Part shown: positions 1-12,071 of the stretch, piece after piece | Layout: each line of letters starts with the position of its first letter | Numbering within the stretch: the stretch's first letter is position 1 | Assembly (NCBI GenBank): GCA_001938485.1 | Contig: MQRK01181462.1 | Coordinates: forward strand, 19,998 to 69,299 | Reading direction: 5' to 3' | Length of the DNA: 49,302 bases | From: Girardia tigrina | Lineage: Eukaryota | Made by a program: the position numbers and the translations under genes | Notes under the pieces: model-generated | Told to the model about the DNA's origin: nothing | Seen by the model: the letters and a program-made list of their open reading frames with translations, nothing else | Database searches by the model: none

Positions 1-193
1 AACCAGCTTATTGAGAATTTTTGATTAGCATGATTTCATGCAATCGATTACATAATCATCATTTTTGTATTTATATACAGGTGATTTGATTATTAATTAG
101 TGACCTGAAGATGACGGTATATTCGTCGAAATATATTGTCTTAAAATATATTTTTAAATGGATGACTTTGGTTATTAATATATATATATATAT
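1..193 (+). mobile_element. Penelope-like element 3' end/pseudo-LTR remnant abutting (TA)n
   Basis: Similar to the reverse complement of 19440-19600, which follows a GIY-YIG C-terminus. Contains a hammerhead-like core and ends in a (TA)n tract. Confidence 0.65.
102..140 (+). ncRNA. Minimal type I hammerhead ribozyme-like motif
   Basis: gac-CTGAAGA-t-gacgg/tatat/tcgtc-GAAA-tata-TT-gtc: 3-bp stem I (gac/gtc), stem II, palindromic loop III, NUH site. Confidence 0.6.
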
Positions 194-659
194 AATCCAT
201 GTTGTCATGTAATATACAAACTGAGTATATTAAAATAATAAAAGTAGTTAATTATGGAAATAATTATATATTATATAATAATGCTGATAGTTTAGTTAAG
301 AGACGCGATTAGATATTTTAGTTGTTTTCAGTAAGAAGAGAATAAATAATTAATGTCTAAAATAATATAAATGGCGGGAATGAAGTGATTTATACAGAAA
401 TGGTAACCGCCTGTATTCATTGACATAGATTAATCAAAATTTATCCAACAGAAAATTTTTGGTATTGAGCAGAAAGAGTTTTTCCAAAACGAAAAAGAAC
501 TATTTATGTAATCATAAAATAATATTTATATAAAATAATTTTCTTTAATAACAATAAAAACTTTTCTTGAGTAATTTTATAAGTATTTTATCATTAAAAT
601 ATTTGTCATTTAACTATTACAGTTGTATACAACCCTATAGTCGTTTTTTATTAATATAC

Positions 660-860
660 GAAATATAAAATATCATAAAAAACATTTTCTGCTAAGTCCC
701 ACCCTATTTGAAAATTTTCTTGAAATCGTTGACTGTGAAAGATCAACTCCTTCTTGTTCTCGAATAACATTTCCAACCTCCTTCTGAATAAGGGAGTTAT
801 TGCAAGCAAATGCGTTAAGTATGCATTGCTCAACATTCCCCCACTGTACATTCATCTCCT
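660..860 (-). mobile_element. IS630/Tc1-like transposase HTH remnant
   Basis: ILNAFACNNSLIQKEVGNVIREQEGVDLSQSTISRK...GLSRK aligns with the HTH region of the element at 48613+ (IVACHNDLTLTEISEEL...SNSTICRKLKKLGITRK). Confidence 0.6.
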
Positions 861-2259
861 CTCTACTTTTTTATATTTCTTTTTATTTTTTTTTATTTTT
901 ATATTTCATGCAACTTAATCATGTTATGTCATGTAAATCCACTAAAAGGGATATTTATTTGATGGCGCATTTCACGGTTTTTATCAGTCTTATGACTATT
1001 GTTTTTTTATTGTGACGTATTATCGTTTCTTTCTTTCCATGTTATATGCCACATCTAGTGGACATCATACCGTAACATTTGTATATCATACCGCAACATA
1101 ATGCTACTTTATAAAGTTTTTTGAAGGTCCGTAGTGAAGGTTTGCAGAAGGCGGATTTGACATTTCCAATTTCCATAATTAAAAATCTCAAAAAGAGATA
1201 TCAGCTGTTCTATATCATGAAAGATTATAATCTGATAAAAATACATTTTGTTTTATAAAATTCATTTTTAAAGAAATTATAAAATATTTTTCAATGAATC
1301 TCTCTTTAAAAAGTTCTTTTGTCACTGTATTCATTGCGACAAATCCCATATTTTATCATACAACTTAATCAGATCAAACAAACTGATATTTTGAACCACT
1401 ATATCTTATTGAACAAAAGTATTTTATAAATTAAAATCATTTTTCCCAAATAAGAAATAAATTTTAAAAATTATGTATCAACGGAAATATGCTAATTTTT
1501 GAGTCATTGTTTTATTATGACAGTTTTCAATGTGAGTCGTTTTATAAATTTAACTGTAAATTTTTTGATTTCATAAAATTATTTAAGAAAAAAATTATAT
1601 TTAATTATAGAATTTCAAGTAAGCAGAAATTTAAAAGAACCCTTCAATAATTAGACTGTGACCCCTGCGTTTCAAATGGAAACAATCTCCATTATTTAAC
1701 CAATTGATAGTACTGCTGGCAGTTAATAGTTACGACAATTCAGAAGTCTTCTTGACGACCCTCACAATATTAAATATTATTCTTAATTTATTTATGTTTT
1801 GTATACGTTTATTCAAATGAAAGTGATGCGAGAGTGTCCATTGTAAGGAGGCATGAATTTGACAAATCTGCAATGATAATGACATGTGTTATTTTATGAA
1901 AATATTAAATGCAAAAAGGATTATTCTCGTCATAAACAGCAAATAAAACTCTTCAAACATTATAAAATAAATGTAAATGATTTTTTTGCTATCCATTTTT
2001 TGAATTTTTGCTTTGTTAGTTCAAATCAATTGTTAACTGTTGAGTTCTTTTAGTTCTTTTTACAAATTTTTCAGATTATCCAACCAGGAGCGGGACTTGG
2101 CTGACACAAATTTATTGATTTTTAATTTTTGAAATTTATGAACATTGTAGCAACCTGCAAAGACCGGCATGCCGGGCTAAACCTTTCTAGTGGCAAATAA
2201 TTAAATTTGTAGAACTAAATCCAAAGTTTTTTGATCATTTACCATTACAAATATTTATG

Positions 2260-2520
2260 TCCTTTATCAAAGTATGCATGCATGTTAACGATACACTTTT
2301 ACAATTTAAGTGGCAGCTTGTTAAAGCCATTTTGAATTTTAAAAAAAATTTTCAAATTGAGGAAAAATTGGTAGTTAGTTAGTCTTGTGAATGTGGAGGA
2401 TGATGCAAAAGTTCCAACTCAAATTCATGTAGTTTTGTTACATAATTATGTACAGTATGTGGTTTTGCTTTGTAGTGAAGCAAGATAATAGTTGACCTGT
2501 TTATTAAACACAGCCATTTT
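2260..2520 (-). mobile_element. Decayed mariner transposase C-terminal remnant
   Basis: Minus strand IILLHYKAKPHT...LELLHHPPHSQD*L and NKLPLKL*KCIV...YFDK, degenerate versions of LLHDNARPH, HPPYSPDL and KLxxRWxKC. Confidence 0.65.
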
Positions 2521-3839
2521 CTTTGCGTTTCCTCATCGCATCTTCCAATTGGTTACAGAAGACATTTACTATGATCGACAAATAAGGTTACATGAACTCA
2601 GAATGAATTACACTTATATTAATTTATATTAAATTTATATTAATGTGTCCAATAGCCAAGACATGTAGCAATGGAATAAAAAACTGAGCAACAAAATGTT
2701 AATTCATTGTCAAAAATATAACTATTTGAATTTATATAATCATGCCTACAAATTTCATACTGGACAACATAATACCTATGAGTTCCCTTAAATATAAAAT
2801 CATATGAAAATAATTTCATATAATCAACATTAATTAACAGTTATTTTATTTTTCAAATCTCCAACGTAACGAAACTTAAACAGAAAAATTTTGCCAAAAA
2901 TAATATTCGAAATTCTACCAAAAATTATAAAATCATTTTTAAATAAATTTACATAGTCTAAAATATTTTTTGTCTGTTTATTTATTGAAAAAAAACTAGT
3001 TCTAGTTTTACAACATTATGTGTTTATATGAATTAAAACAAACCACCATTTATTTGTTTGAATGAACAACTAGCATTTTGGATAACCAACTGTTTTAGTT
3101 TGCTTATTTATTTATTTTGTTAAGGAAAATATTTGTTACTTATTATATTTACATTTATTTATTGGGACATCCACCAGTATCACAATCAAATATTCCTGTT
3201 AGAATTATTGGAATAAAATATTAATTATTCAAAGTATTATGTATCATTATCCGTGGAAATGTTGTGGAAGACCTATTTATAAATTTATTAAAAACAATAT
3301 ACTTAATAATACATAAATAATATATAATTATATATAAGTTTTTTTAGATTGACTTGGAAATAAAGTAATTGCTACTGGATAAAATATATATTGATTCAAA
3401 GGATAACAAAAAAATAATTAAATAATCATTAAACGTAATATGAAGATGTAATATGTAACTTATTTTGTATAATTTATGTTGTATTTATCATTATTTTCAA
3501 CATTTTTTATTTGCATTTAAAGAGAGGACCTAAGAGAGCTATCGTCATTTCTTCGCTCTTTCCTAACTATTGCATTTATAATGTTTCAGTAAGAAATTAG
3601 ACATTCTTTCGCGAAGAAGTTTAAACATTCCTGAAATCTATTTTATTAACGTTAGGTAACTTAAATTTGAGAAGAATATTTTACTGAAACAAATACCTTA
3701 AACATTTAAACTTTTCAGAAAAGGTTCAAAGTTTTCTTTAAAGAATATCATCTCATTATTTATTTGAACTATTAAAGAAAGAATATTCCCATAATTATAT
3801 TACATAATGTAAATTTGGTTAAAACGTTAAAATAAAAGG

Positions 3840-4629
3840 TGTACCACACTATACATGATAATCCGATGGATCAATATCAGGAGAGTAGGGCGGGTAGGGT
3901 ACGATTATCTAGTTCAGATCTGATATTGTATTTATGACCTGTTTTACAACATGAGGTCTCGCATTGTTGTGAAGCAATATCGGGCACTCGTGTCTTGCGG
4001 TCCATTCATGTAGTTCTCAGTTCAGATTGATTTATTGCTCTCCATAACAGTTTCGTCAGGTTTCAGAAGTTCATAATACAGAATATCCTTCTGATCTCAC
4101 CATATGCAGAGTAGCACCTTGTTTCTATAGATGTTATACTTGGGAGTCATCTTTGTCGCCTTTCCTGGGTATGTCCATGATCTCTTTCGTTTTGGATTAT
4201 CGAAATAAATGTATATTTCATCACCAATGATAATTCGATACATGAGAAATTTGCGTTGCTACTGATCTAGCAAAAGTTCACACGTTGTAAGACTTGTAGT
4301 TCATTGTCTTCAAACTGCGTTGGTCGTCTATGATTGTATCTTCGCCATATACTTCAGAATTCACTTTTTGAGAGTCGATTGCACTTTTCTTCTAGTTACA
4401 CATGAATAAAAGAACATCCTGCAAATGCTATTTTGTTGGAATTTCGGTGGTCATCTATAAAATTACAATAAAATTTTATATGCTCATTTTTGTTTTTAAA
4501 AATTCAGAAAGTATTAGATAGCGTTTAAAACACTCTACATTATAGATACAAACAAATGTTATAGAAAGAATTTTATTAATGGAATAATATTAGACAAAAT
4601 GAAATGAACTTTCATATTTGTACACCTAA
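3840..4629 (-). mobile_element. Decayed mariner element (transposase pseudogene plus one TIR)
   Basis: Minus strand RIIIGDEIYIYFDNPKRKRSW, KVLLCIW*DQKDILYYELLKP, ILLHNNARPH and YPPYSPDIDPSDYH. Mos1-like terminus TA|TTAGGTGTACAAAT at 4629-4631. Confidence 0.85.
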
Positions 4630-5057
4630 TATGTAATTGGTAATAGATGTCGTATGGCAATTTACTGTAAAAGGAACAAAAATTTTATTCAAAGCCCCAC
4701 ATGTTTGTAAATGTGCAACAAAAAAAGTAATGTATGAACTTCAATAAGATAATTTGGACCATATAATGTCTTACAGTCGAAAATACTCTAGTGACACTGG
4801 ATGATAAAGTATTTAACCTTTTTTGACCTTGATTCCTATTTGAGAACAAATTTGTTTTAGTTTTCATTGACTTTCTATTTGAATTTCGTGAGTGTGTACT
4901 AGTTTTACTGTGTTAGAACCAGTTGACACTTATATAAATTGTTTACATAATTGTTATAGCTCCAGTTTCATTTATTCAGGTTTTTAAAATCAATACTGGA
5001 TGATATTTCAGTTTAATAGTTCAGTTCAATATGATAGTTCAGTTTAATACTGCTGTT

Positions 5058-6700
5058 AGGCTAAAGAAAAAACACAAAGTTGCGAAAATCTTTAGGGGAC
5101 ACAATCATCGAAGAGACTTACCGACACTGCCTGTTAGGGTACAGTATAAAACTAAACCGAAGGCAGCAACTAGGAAAGTTCTCCATAGAAAAACAACGGC
5201 AACGTCATCTCTCTCAGAGAAAGCAGTAGCAGCTTTTTTCTCTTCCTACAGCAGACCGACTGAACTCTTAACCGGACAGGAACTGCTTGAAACGTCTTGG
5301 TTTCCAGATCGCCCGAATTTGACTTTGAATTCCGGATACCGGGACGAGATCAAATAGCTAAGTACGTAAAATTCGCCGGAAAATCAGCGGCTGGTCTCGA
5401 CTGGATCACCTATGAAGATATTAAGGCAGGAGACCCATCCGGTGAAATTCTCCAACCAATCTTTGAATTCATTGTCAACAACAACATCTGCCCCACCGAG
5501 TGGAAAACCAGTAGAACCATCATGATCCCCAAACCGGGGAAAAGCGATTACACGGATCCATCAGCTTGGCGGCCAATCACCATCACAAGCGCGGTGTACA
5601 GACTGCTCATGAAATACCTAACATGGGAACTGTACAACTGGATAATTATTAACCAGATGCTGTCCAGAAGCCAGAAGAGTTTAGGAAAGTTTGAAGGATG
5701 TCATGACCACAACGTCATGTTGAACATGCTGATCCAAGACGTCAGACGACAGACAAACCCGACAAATCCAATCAACAAAGACAAGAAACTGTTTATAGTG
5801 TTTTTGGATTTCACGAACGCTTTCGGGTCTGTCCCGCTTGATGCACTTATGTTTGTCCTACAATGCTTCGGCCTGGGCACATCCGCTCTAACTCTTATTA
5901 AAAACTTATACATTGAAAATTACACAAACGTCCCATGTGGGGATAGCAAATTGATAACGTAAAATTAAATAAAGGGATTAAGCAAGGCTGCCTTCTATCT
6001 ATGCTGTTATTTAATATCTTTATCAATATTATAATTAGAGCAATTGAAACTATGCCAAATGTCCATGGATACCCACTTAGAGATATGGACATCCGGATAC
6101 TGGCGTACGCTGATGATATTGTACTAATATCAGATTCCCACAAACATCTACAGGAGATGGACTACAAGGCGGAATATATTGGACGGATTCTAGGACTGCT
6201 ATTCAATCCGTCCAAATGTTCGCTCATGGATATTTCACACGATAAGAGGAGGACGCCACCAATATACGTCAATGGAGAGATGATTGAGTGTGTAGGTAAG
6301 GTCAATCCGTACAAATATCTCGGTACCAAAAGATCATGGTTCCGGAACGTGAACATCAAGGAGGTACTGTAAAAGATGAAGGATGAGACCAAGCTCATCA
6401 CCGAGTCCAACCTTTACCCACATCAGAAGATTCACGCGTATGAGACCTTCAAACACAGTCAATTACCTTTCCACCTTCGTCACAGTCGCATCCCCTTCTC
6501 CGATTTCACTACAAATCGGAAAAGTCAAAATAACACTACCCAGAAAGCGTACGATCCGGTTATCAGGAAACTATTTCTTAACACATTTGCACTACAGAAT
6601 AGATGTGCAAAGGATTTCTTTTACATAACAAAAGAAGCTGGTGGACCTCAGCTGACAAGCGGCCTGGACGAATACTTAATTCAGTCAATTATGTATATGC
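5058..6700 (+). mobile_element. Non-LTR retrotransposon RT fragment, restriction-like endonuclease group (NeSL/R5/R2-type), disrupted
   Basis: SAAGLDWITY, WKTSRTIMIPK, WRPITI, SQK..GKFEGCHDH, FLDFTNAFGSVP, GIKQGCLLSMLLFN, LAYADDIV, FNPSKC, YKYLG. Frameshifts near 5300 and 5945, stop at 6370, truncated before the endonuclease. Confidence 0.9.
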
Positions 6701-6713
6701 GTATTCAATTATG

Positions 6714-6987
6714 AATAAGCGTTGAATTTCTTGGACACAATTTATCAAAGAATGGCATCAGTCCACTAGAAGAGCGCACCAAAGCCATCAGGGACTTTCC
6801 AAAACCAGAAACAGTCACTGCGACGCGCAGCTTTTTGGGAATGGTAAATTTTTGCCGCAGATTCTTGCCGAATCTCTCCGGTACATTGGCGCCGCTCACG
6901 GACATGTCATCTGGACGCAAGAAGAAGAGTTTGACGTGGTCCCAGGAAGCAGATTCCGCATTTGTGCTGATCAAGCAGGACATCATG
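6714..6987 (+). mobile_element. Ty3/Gypsy pol fragment (RT thumb/connection)
   Basis: SVEFLGHNLSKNGISPLEERTKAIRDFPKPETVTATRSFLGMVNFCRRFLPNLSGTLAPLTD...LTWSQEADSAF. Confidence 0.9.
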
Positions 6988-7135
6988 TCGATTTTTAATC
7001 CTCCAATGCGTATCTGAACCCCCCAGCTTTAAAAATTTCAGGAGTCGCAAATCCAATTAAGAAACTCCTCTCAAAATCAAAAATCAAAAAACCAAACCAC
7101 ACACCACCCGAAAAAATAATACTGGGTGACAATAA
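6988..7135 (+). mobile_element. Possible APE-endonuclease fragment of a LINE
   Basis: SIFNPP and, after a frameshift, KIILGDNN resemble the SIYxPP and IIxGDFN motifs of non-LTR AP endonucleases. Confidence 0.35.
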
Positions 7136-7602
7136 CTTGAGTTACAGCGAAACATCAACACCTAATCAGGAAGTCATTCTTAAGAAATGTGTGACTTGAG
7201 AGCACCATCTAACCTTTATCAGTGAAGACGGTCAATTCTCTGACGTGTATTTGACCCACAGGGTTATTCCAACTATTGAAGTAACTGGTGAAGTTCTGGC
7301 ACAGATAGCACTCAGTGTATTACAGGAGTTTAACAGCTAAGACAGCATCCTCGCCGTTCTTGTTGACAATACTGCTGCTAACACAGATGCAAAAATGGTT
7401 TGGTTGTCAATTTGGAAAGAAATTTGGGAAGAAGTCTTCTCACCGTTGGGTGCTCCCTGCACCAAAATGAATTGCCACTGAGATCACTCTTTAAAAACCT
7501 GGATGGTAAAGCAATACGTCCAACAACTTTCACAGAACCTTTGGGTAAAAGATGCAAGACATTCACAATAATCCTCAAGTTTCATTTGAAAAGGTGGAGT
7601 AT

Positions 7603-8216
7603 TGTTGAAATTGTTTGACGATTTGTACAAATCCGCTATTTTTACTATTGTTTAAAAAAATATAAAAATAAATTAACGATGTCACTCCAGATTAATCCAA
7701 AAATTAAGACTAAAATAGGATTCATCTGATTTTTGTATAAACCAAAAATAAACAATAATCAAAGAATATAAAGGAACACTTTTAATTTTAAACGACACAA
7801 CCGACACAATATCATATATAATCGTCAATAAATAATTACTATTTCCCTGCAAATTATATCATCTTTCTTTCAGTAATAATCGTACAAAAACCCCACAATG
7901 GTTGTTAACGGATTTTTATTTCTAATAGTTTCCCATTATTGTTAATGTTTGAATTTATAATCAATTGTCAATTGATTTTTTTAAATTCCTTATATATAAA
8001 TTCATCCATGCCTATGGCAATTATCATCCAAAATAACACAAAAAAATAAACAAAATACAAAAAAAACAAACCCCCTAACAACTGGTCCTCAACAACAAAA
8101 ATCAAATGAACAAATAAAATAAATCTTTCAAAATACCCACTACAGCAGTCTATCCAAGAGTAAAAATAAAAATAAAAAAACCCAGAAATTACAACAATGA
8201 TAAGTAGGGCACTACA
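7603..8216. mobile_element. Solo LTR (614 bp) inserted in hATm
   Basis: Begins TGTTGAAA and ends CACTACA. Flanked by AGTAT/AATAT (5-bp TSD, 1 mismatch). Removal gives in-frame EKVEYLLIDG. Confidence 0.7.
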
Positions 8217-8402
8217 AATATCTTCTAATTGATGGGTTTATTTCTAGTCCAGTGCTGAAGGCCTTCTCAGTAGTGACCAGCGGCAACTTTATGAATACTG
8301 TAAATGTATCGAATGTGAAAGAGTTGATGAACAATGGTCATCTAAAAAAATTGGTCCACTGAATCATGTCAGATGGTTAACTCTTGCAATAGGAATACTC
8401 TG

Positions 8403-10138
8403 TGTCGTGTTCCCCTTCAAAACAACATTTTCAAAAGATCAGAGCCCCCATCCGTTTTCTTATAGTTCAAGGGCAACTCTGTCAAAACTTAACCAATTTC
8501 CTGTTATTGGGGAACAGACGCACCTCCTTCTCTCACATCAACCCGTTGTGTGTACGTCGGAGCGCCTTCAGGTTCTCCACCAGTACCGGGGATGACCCGA
8601 CTGGTAAATCAGTTTCTGGAGGGGATGATTTTAATTCAAACTAGGATTTATATTTCACACTACATTATTACTGAAAGACAAAGAGAATTTCCCCCGGAAA
8701 CAAACGTCTGACTGTCCGCGTGACCCTTGCATGTTACGAGCACCCTACGTCGCTGCCGAAGGTCCTTCATCTCTGTGATATTCAAATTATTTTTTATATT
8801 GGTATATAGATGTATATATCTTTACGTATTATATTTTATATTCGTGTTCGGTTGTATATAAGTTTGATTATGCTGAATAGCAATTTATGTGAGTAACAAT
8901 GAGAGTTTTACAACTTGATAATTTATGCATTATGAAAACTATGATTTGGGAAATCGAAGCGATACACAGTTCTTCAAATACCTTAGTGATTTATGATCAG
9001 GATTGTTTAACGTTCGAACTTTACTCCAATTACATATGTGTATCTTTTTCCAATTATTTATTTTTACTTTACTTTTTCACACTTTAACTAATTACATATG
9101 AAGGAGAGAAAATTACTAGACGAAACATAAGTTAATTTTCGTACGACAATACTCGACAGTATATATGACATATTCTAATATTCACATCTTTAGTCAATAA
9201 AACGATTGATAACAAAATTTTATTTTAATCAGTACACTTTTAAGCACGAATGCAGACAAAATTTACTACTACCGCAGGAGACTCGCTTTTACTAAGAACT
9301 CCCGTTCGTGACTCTCTGACATTTCCTTGTGGCAACTCTCAATCGGATATTCATAAACCATTCTCACGATTCTGGCTAAACTCTCTCATTCTCGCAATCA
9401 CTCTTGGCAATCCTAAAGAGGACTGGTACTCGTTCGCTAGCAACCTTTTACATCATTTAGAACCTCCCTCATACTTGCTGGAGTCACAATTCTCACTTCA
9501 CAACTTTATTTGGATATCATTTGTAATTCGAATATCGTATCTATTTAAAGATCATTTACCTCAGGAGATACATCTTTATTAAGTGTAATCAGTTATTTGC
9601 ATAGCGTTCAATCAAAAATCAGTTAATTATTTTAAAATGTAATCCAATATTAACGAGACAACATATTGGTTATTCTATATGTTACGCTTACAGGGTGGAG
9701 AGGGGACCTTCGCTTTATCTCGTCAGTTTCCGACTGTTTATTCTCCGCTTACATGGACGGCATCTCACCTGGAACGTTCGTCTGTTTATCATGGTGAACA
9801 ATCGCCGATAATTATACAAGCTGTCTGGGTGATGCTATGATTCGCAATGAATCATTTGGTAAATTTTTAATTAACTTAATTAAAAATTGTTAATTTTCTA
9901 TTTCGTTTTAGAAGGTTTCCAAAAGGTTTTCTAAGGTCTCCAGCACGTCTTCTGTCACTTTGGGGTTTAAAACCGCTTTCAAGAAAACTCACTACCTCAC
10001 TGACGCACGGAATACATTTAAACGCAACCGGGAATAGTCGAGTTTGACTATTCCCGAACTCTACAACAATTCTGTGCTCGCGGGGTGGCGCAATGGGATC
10101 TGGCGGGCGTGCACATCATAGTATTCTCGATCGTAATA
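8403..10138. mobile_element. Large solo LTR (1736 bp) inserted in hATm
   Basis: Begins TGTCGTG and ends CGTAATA (decayed ...ACA). Perfect 4-bp TSD TCTG (8399-8402 / 10139-10142). Removal gives in-frame IGILCLYTR. No coding domain recognised inside. Confidence 0.75.
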
Positions 10139-11827
10139 TCTGTCTATACACAAGAGATAACAAGCCCACATACAATCTTAAGAAACTTGTGCGCTACATT
10201 GTTCGTGTTTGTGCTCCAGCCTGGTTTGAGATTAAAATGTTATCAAAGCTGCATGAGTCACCAAGATTGCGTTTTGATGCTTTTATGCGGCTGAATCTTC
10301 TTCCATATGATGATGTCAAGGGCATTATCAAGCACAGCATCCAGGACATGCCTATTTTCGTCTACCAGAAAACTTAGTTATCAACAAATTGTTCATTTTT
10401 TTGTAAAATAAAGATGAACAAATATCAAATTATTTATTTTGTTTTTTAATTAATTATTATTTAACTCATATCTTTTTATATAAACATGTATTATATGAAT
10501 GAAAAGAAGCGACATAAAAAGATTAGTGATTGCCATTCAGTATGGTAGAACTAATTTCGAATAGAATTGTATTTTTTGGAAGTAGAGGATATAACTGGAA
10601 TATAATACTAATACAAAATATAATAAATTTAAATTTAAAATTCCAAACTGTAGTTGTTTTATTCATGGAAAAAAATATAATTTGGCGTAACTGTAACATA
10701 ACGTTTTGGAAATCCTACTCTTTAAGAATTTATTGAATTTTTAACATAAAAGCCTTATCATCAATGTATACATATTATTACTATTGCATCTTCAATTCAC
10801 AAGAATACTCAATATGTGGTCGAATGATTTAATATTTATTAGCAGCATCAAAAGACGTTATTATTGTTATTAAAAAATATAATGGACTCAATTATTAATT
10901 TATGATTAATAATCTAGAAAACAAACTACTTCATGTAAAATATATAATGTTTCGGTTGAATATATTAATCCTAGAAACCGTACATGATGATTTATACATT
11001 TATAAAATTGAAAGAAAAAGGGTGTGTATCTCATAAACAAGAGATTACTCAAAAGTAATCTAAAACCCAATGCAAATATCTCTTGAAACTAGTAATCATC
11101 AAGAAAATTAGAATTTATTAAACCTAACAATCCAAAGTTTAATAAGGAACAGAATCATTAGTATTTATAATAAACAATCAGCATATAATTCCTAAAATAA
11201 TTTTGTACTAAAATAAAATAACGAAGCCCACAGATAAAGAGTATTTTAATACATAATAAATAGCGTAAAAATCTTTGGGAAATAGTTCTAAATTCCATTT
11301 GAAAAAAAGTATTATCTAAATTAGTAATAGTGAATATTATATTTTATCGGCTTCATTGAATGATTTTCTATCTCTCTCCCTATTAACAATTTTAAATCGT
11401 TTATTTTTTTTAAATCCATATATTTTGTTTTTATTTCAAAGTTTTATTTTCATGGCAATCAACCGATGTGATTTGAAATACTTTATTTCTTTATAAAATG
11501 GAATAAAACAAAATTCATAAAAAATGATAATCATTCAAAAAAAAATTAAAAACAATAAATTCTCATCAATTATAAAAATCCGTTTTCAAAAATCGTTTTA
11601 TTTCCGATTAAAATAATTTTTAATCGAAACGATAGAAATAATCATTTGTGTTTTAATGAATCATTAAAAGCAATTGAAGTTAGTGTAAATAAGTACGTTT
11701 TTAAATAATAATTAATTTTTATTTGAAAAATTTTCTAATTTCTTTTCAATTGAATTTTATTCAAGTTGATCAAATAGCGAAATTATTTTTTAAAATTCCC
11801 AAATTTTTTTCCTGCAATTTTTAATCA

Positions 11828-12071
11828 ATGGACCACACCGACGATGATGGATATTCAAACCGAACCAGAGCGTCCGATATGGAAAGAATCAAACAGGCGC
11901 GAAAGAAACGAATCATTCAACTGAAGAACTGGTATCAGTATGATAAGATGCTAGAAAAACAACGAGTGCGCAATTCCAAGCCGCACAGACTCCACGAGAT
12001 GATAAAAAAAGTTCATTTTCCCGAGAGTATGGTCGTGTTGGAGGCGGCCGGGCGAGAGGACGTCGAGGAAG
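11828..12071 (+). CDS. PPP1R16A: PP1 regulatory subunit 16A/16B-like (MYPT3/TIMAP family), coding exon 1
   Basis: ATG at 11828. Encodes RIIQLKNW (MyPhoNE motif RxxQ[VIL][KR]x[YW]), KVHF (RVxF PP1-docking motif) and LEAAGREDVEE (start of ankyrin repeat 1). Donor G|GTGAGA at 12072, phase 1. Confidence 0.92.

Larger units (their letters stand above)
7135..10377 (+). mobile_element. hATm-type transposase pseudogene in three pieces (about 7135-7602, 8222-8402, 10143-10377) split by two insertions
   Basis: VLVDNTAANT..KNGLVVNLERNLGRSLLTVGCSLHQNELPLR; LSSDQRQLYEYC..IGPLNHVRWLTLAIGIL; CLYTR..LKKLVRYIVRVCAPAWFEIK. These give the CxxH, LSxDQ and HxRW motifs of hAT/hATm. Confidence 0.8.

Noticed and set aside
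6697-7013. ATGCGTAT direct repeat as an 8-bp TSD around the Gypsy fragment
   Set aside because: No TE termini inside the repeats, and the second copy lies within the next fragment; likely chance or a repair scar.
10075-10115. GGGGTGGCGCAATGG as a tRNA/SINE A-box
   Set aside because: No B-box or cloverleaf downstream; it lies inside the LTR terminus.
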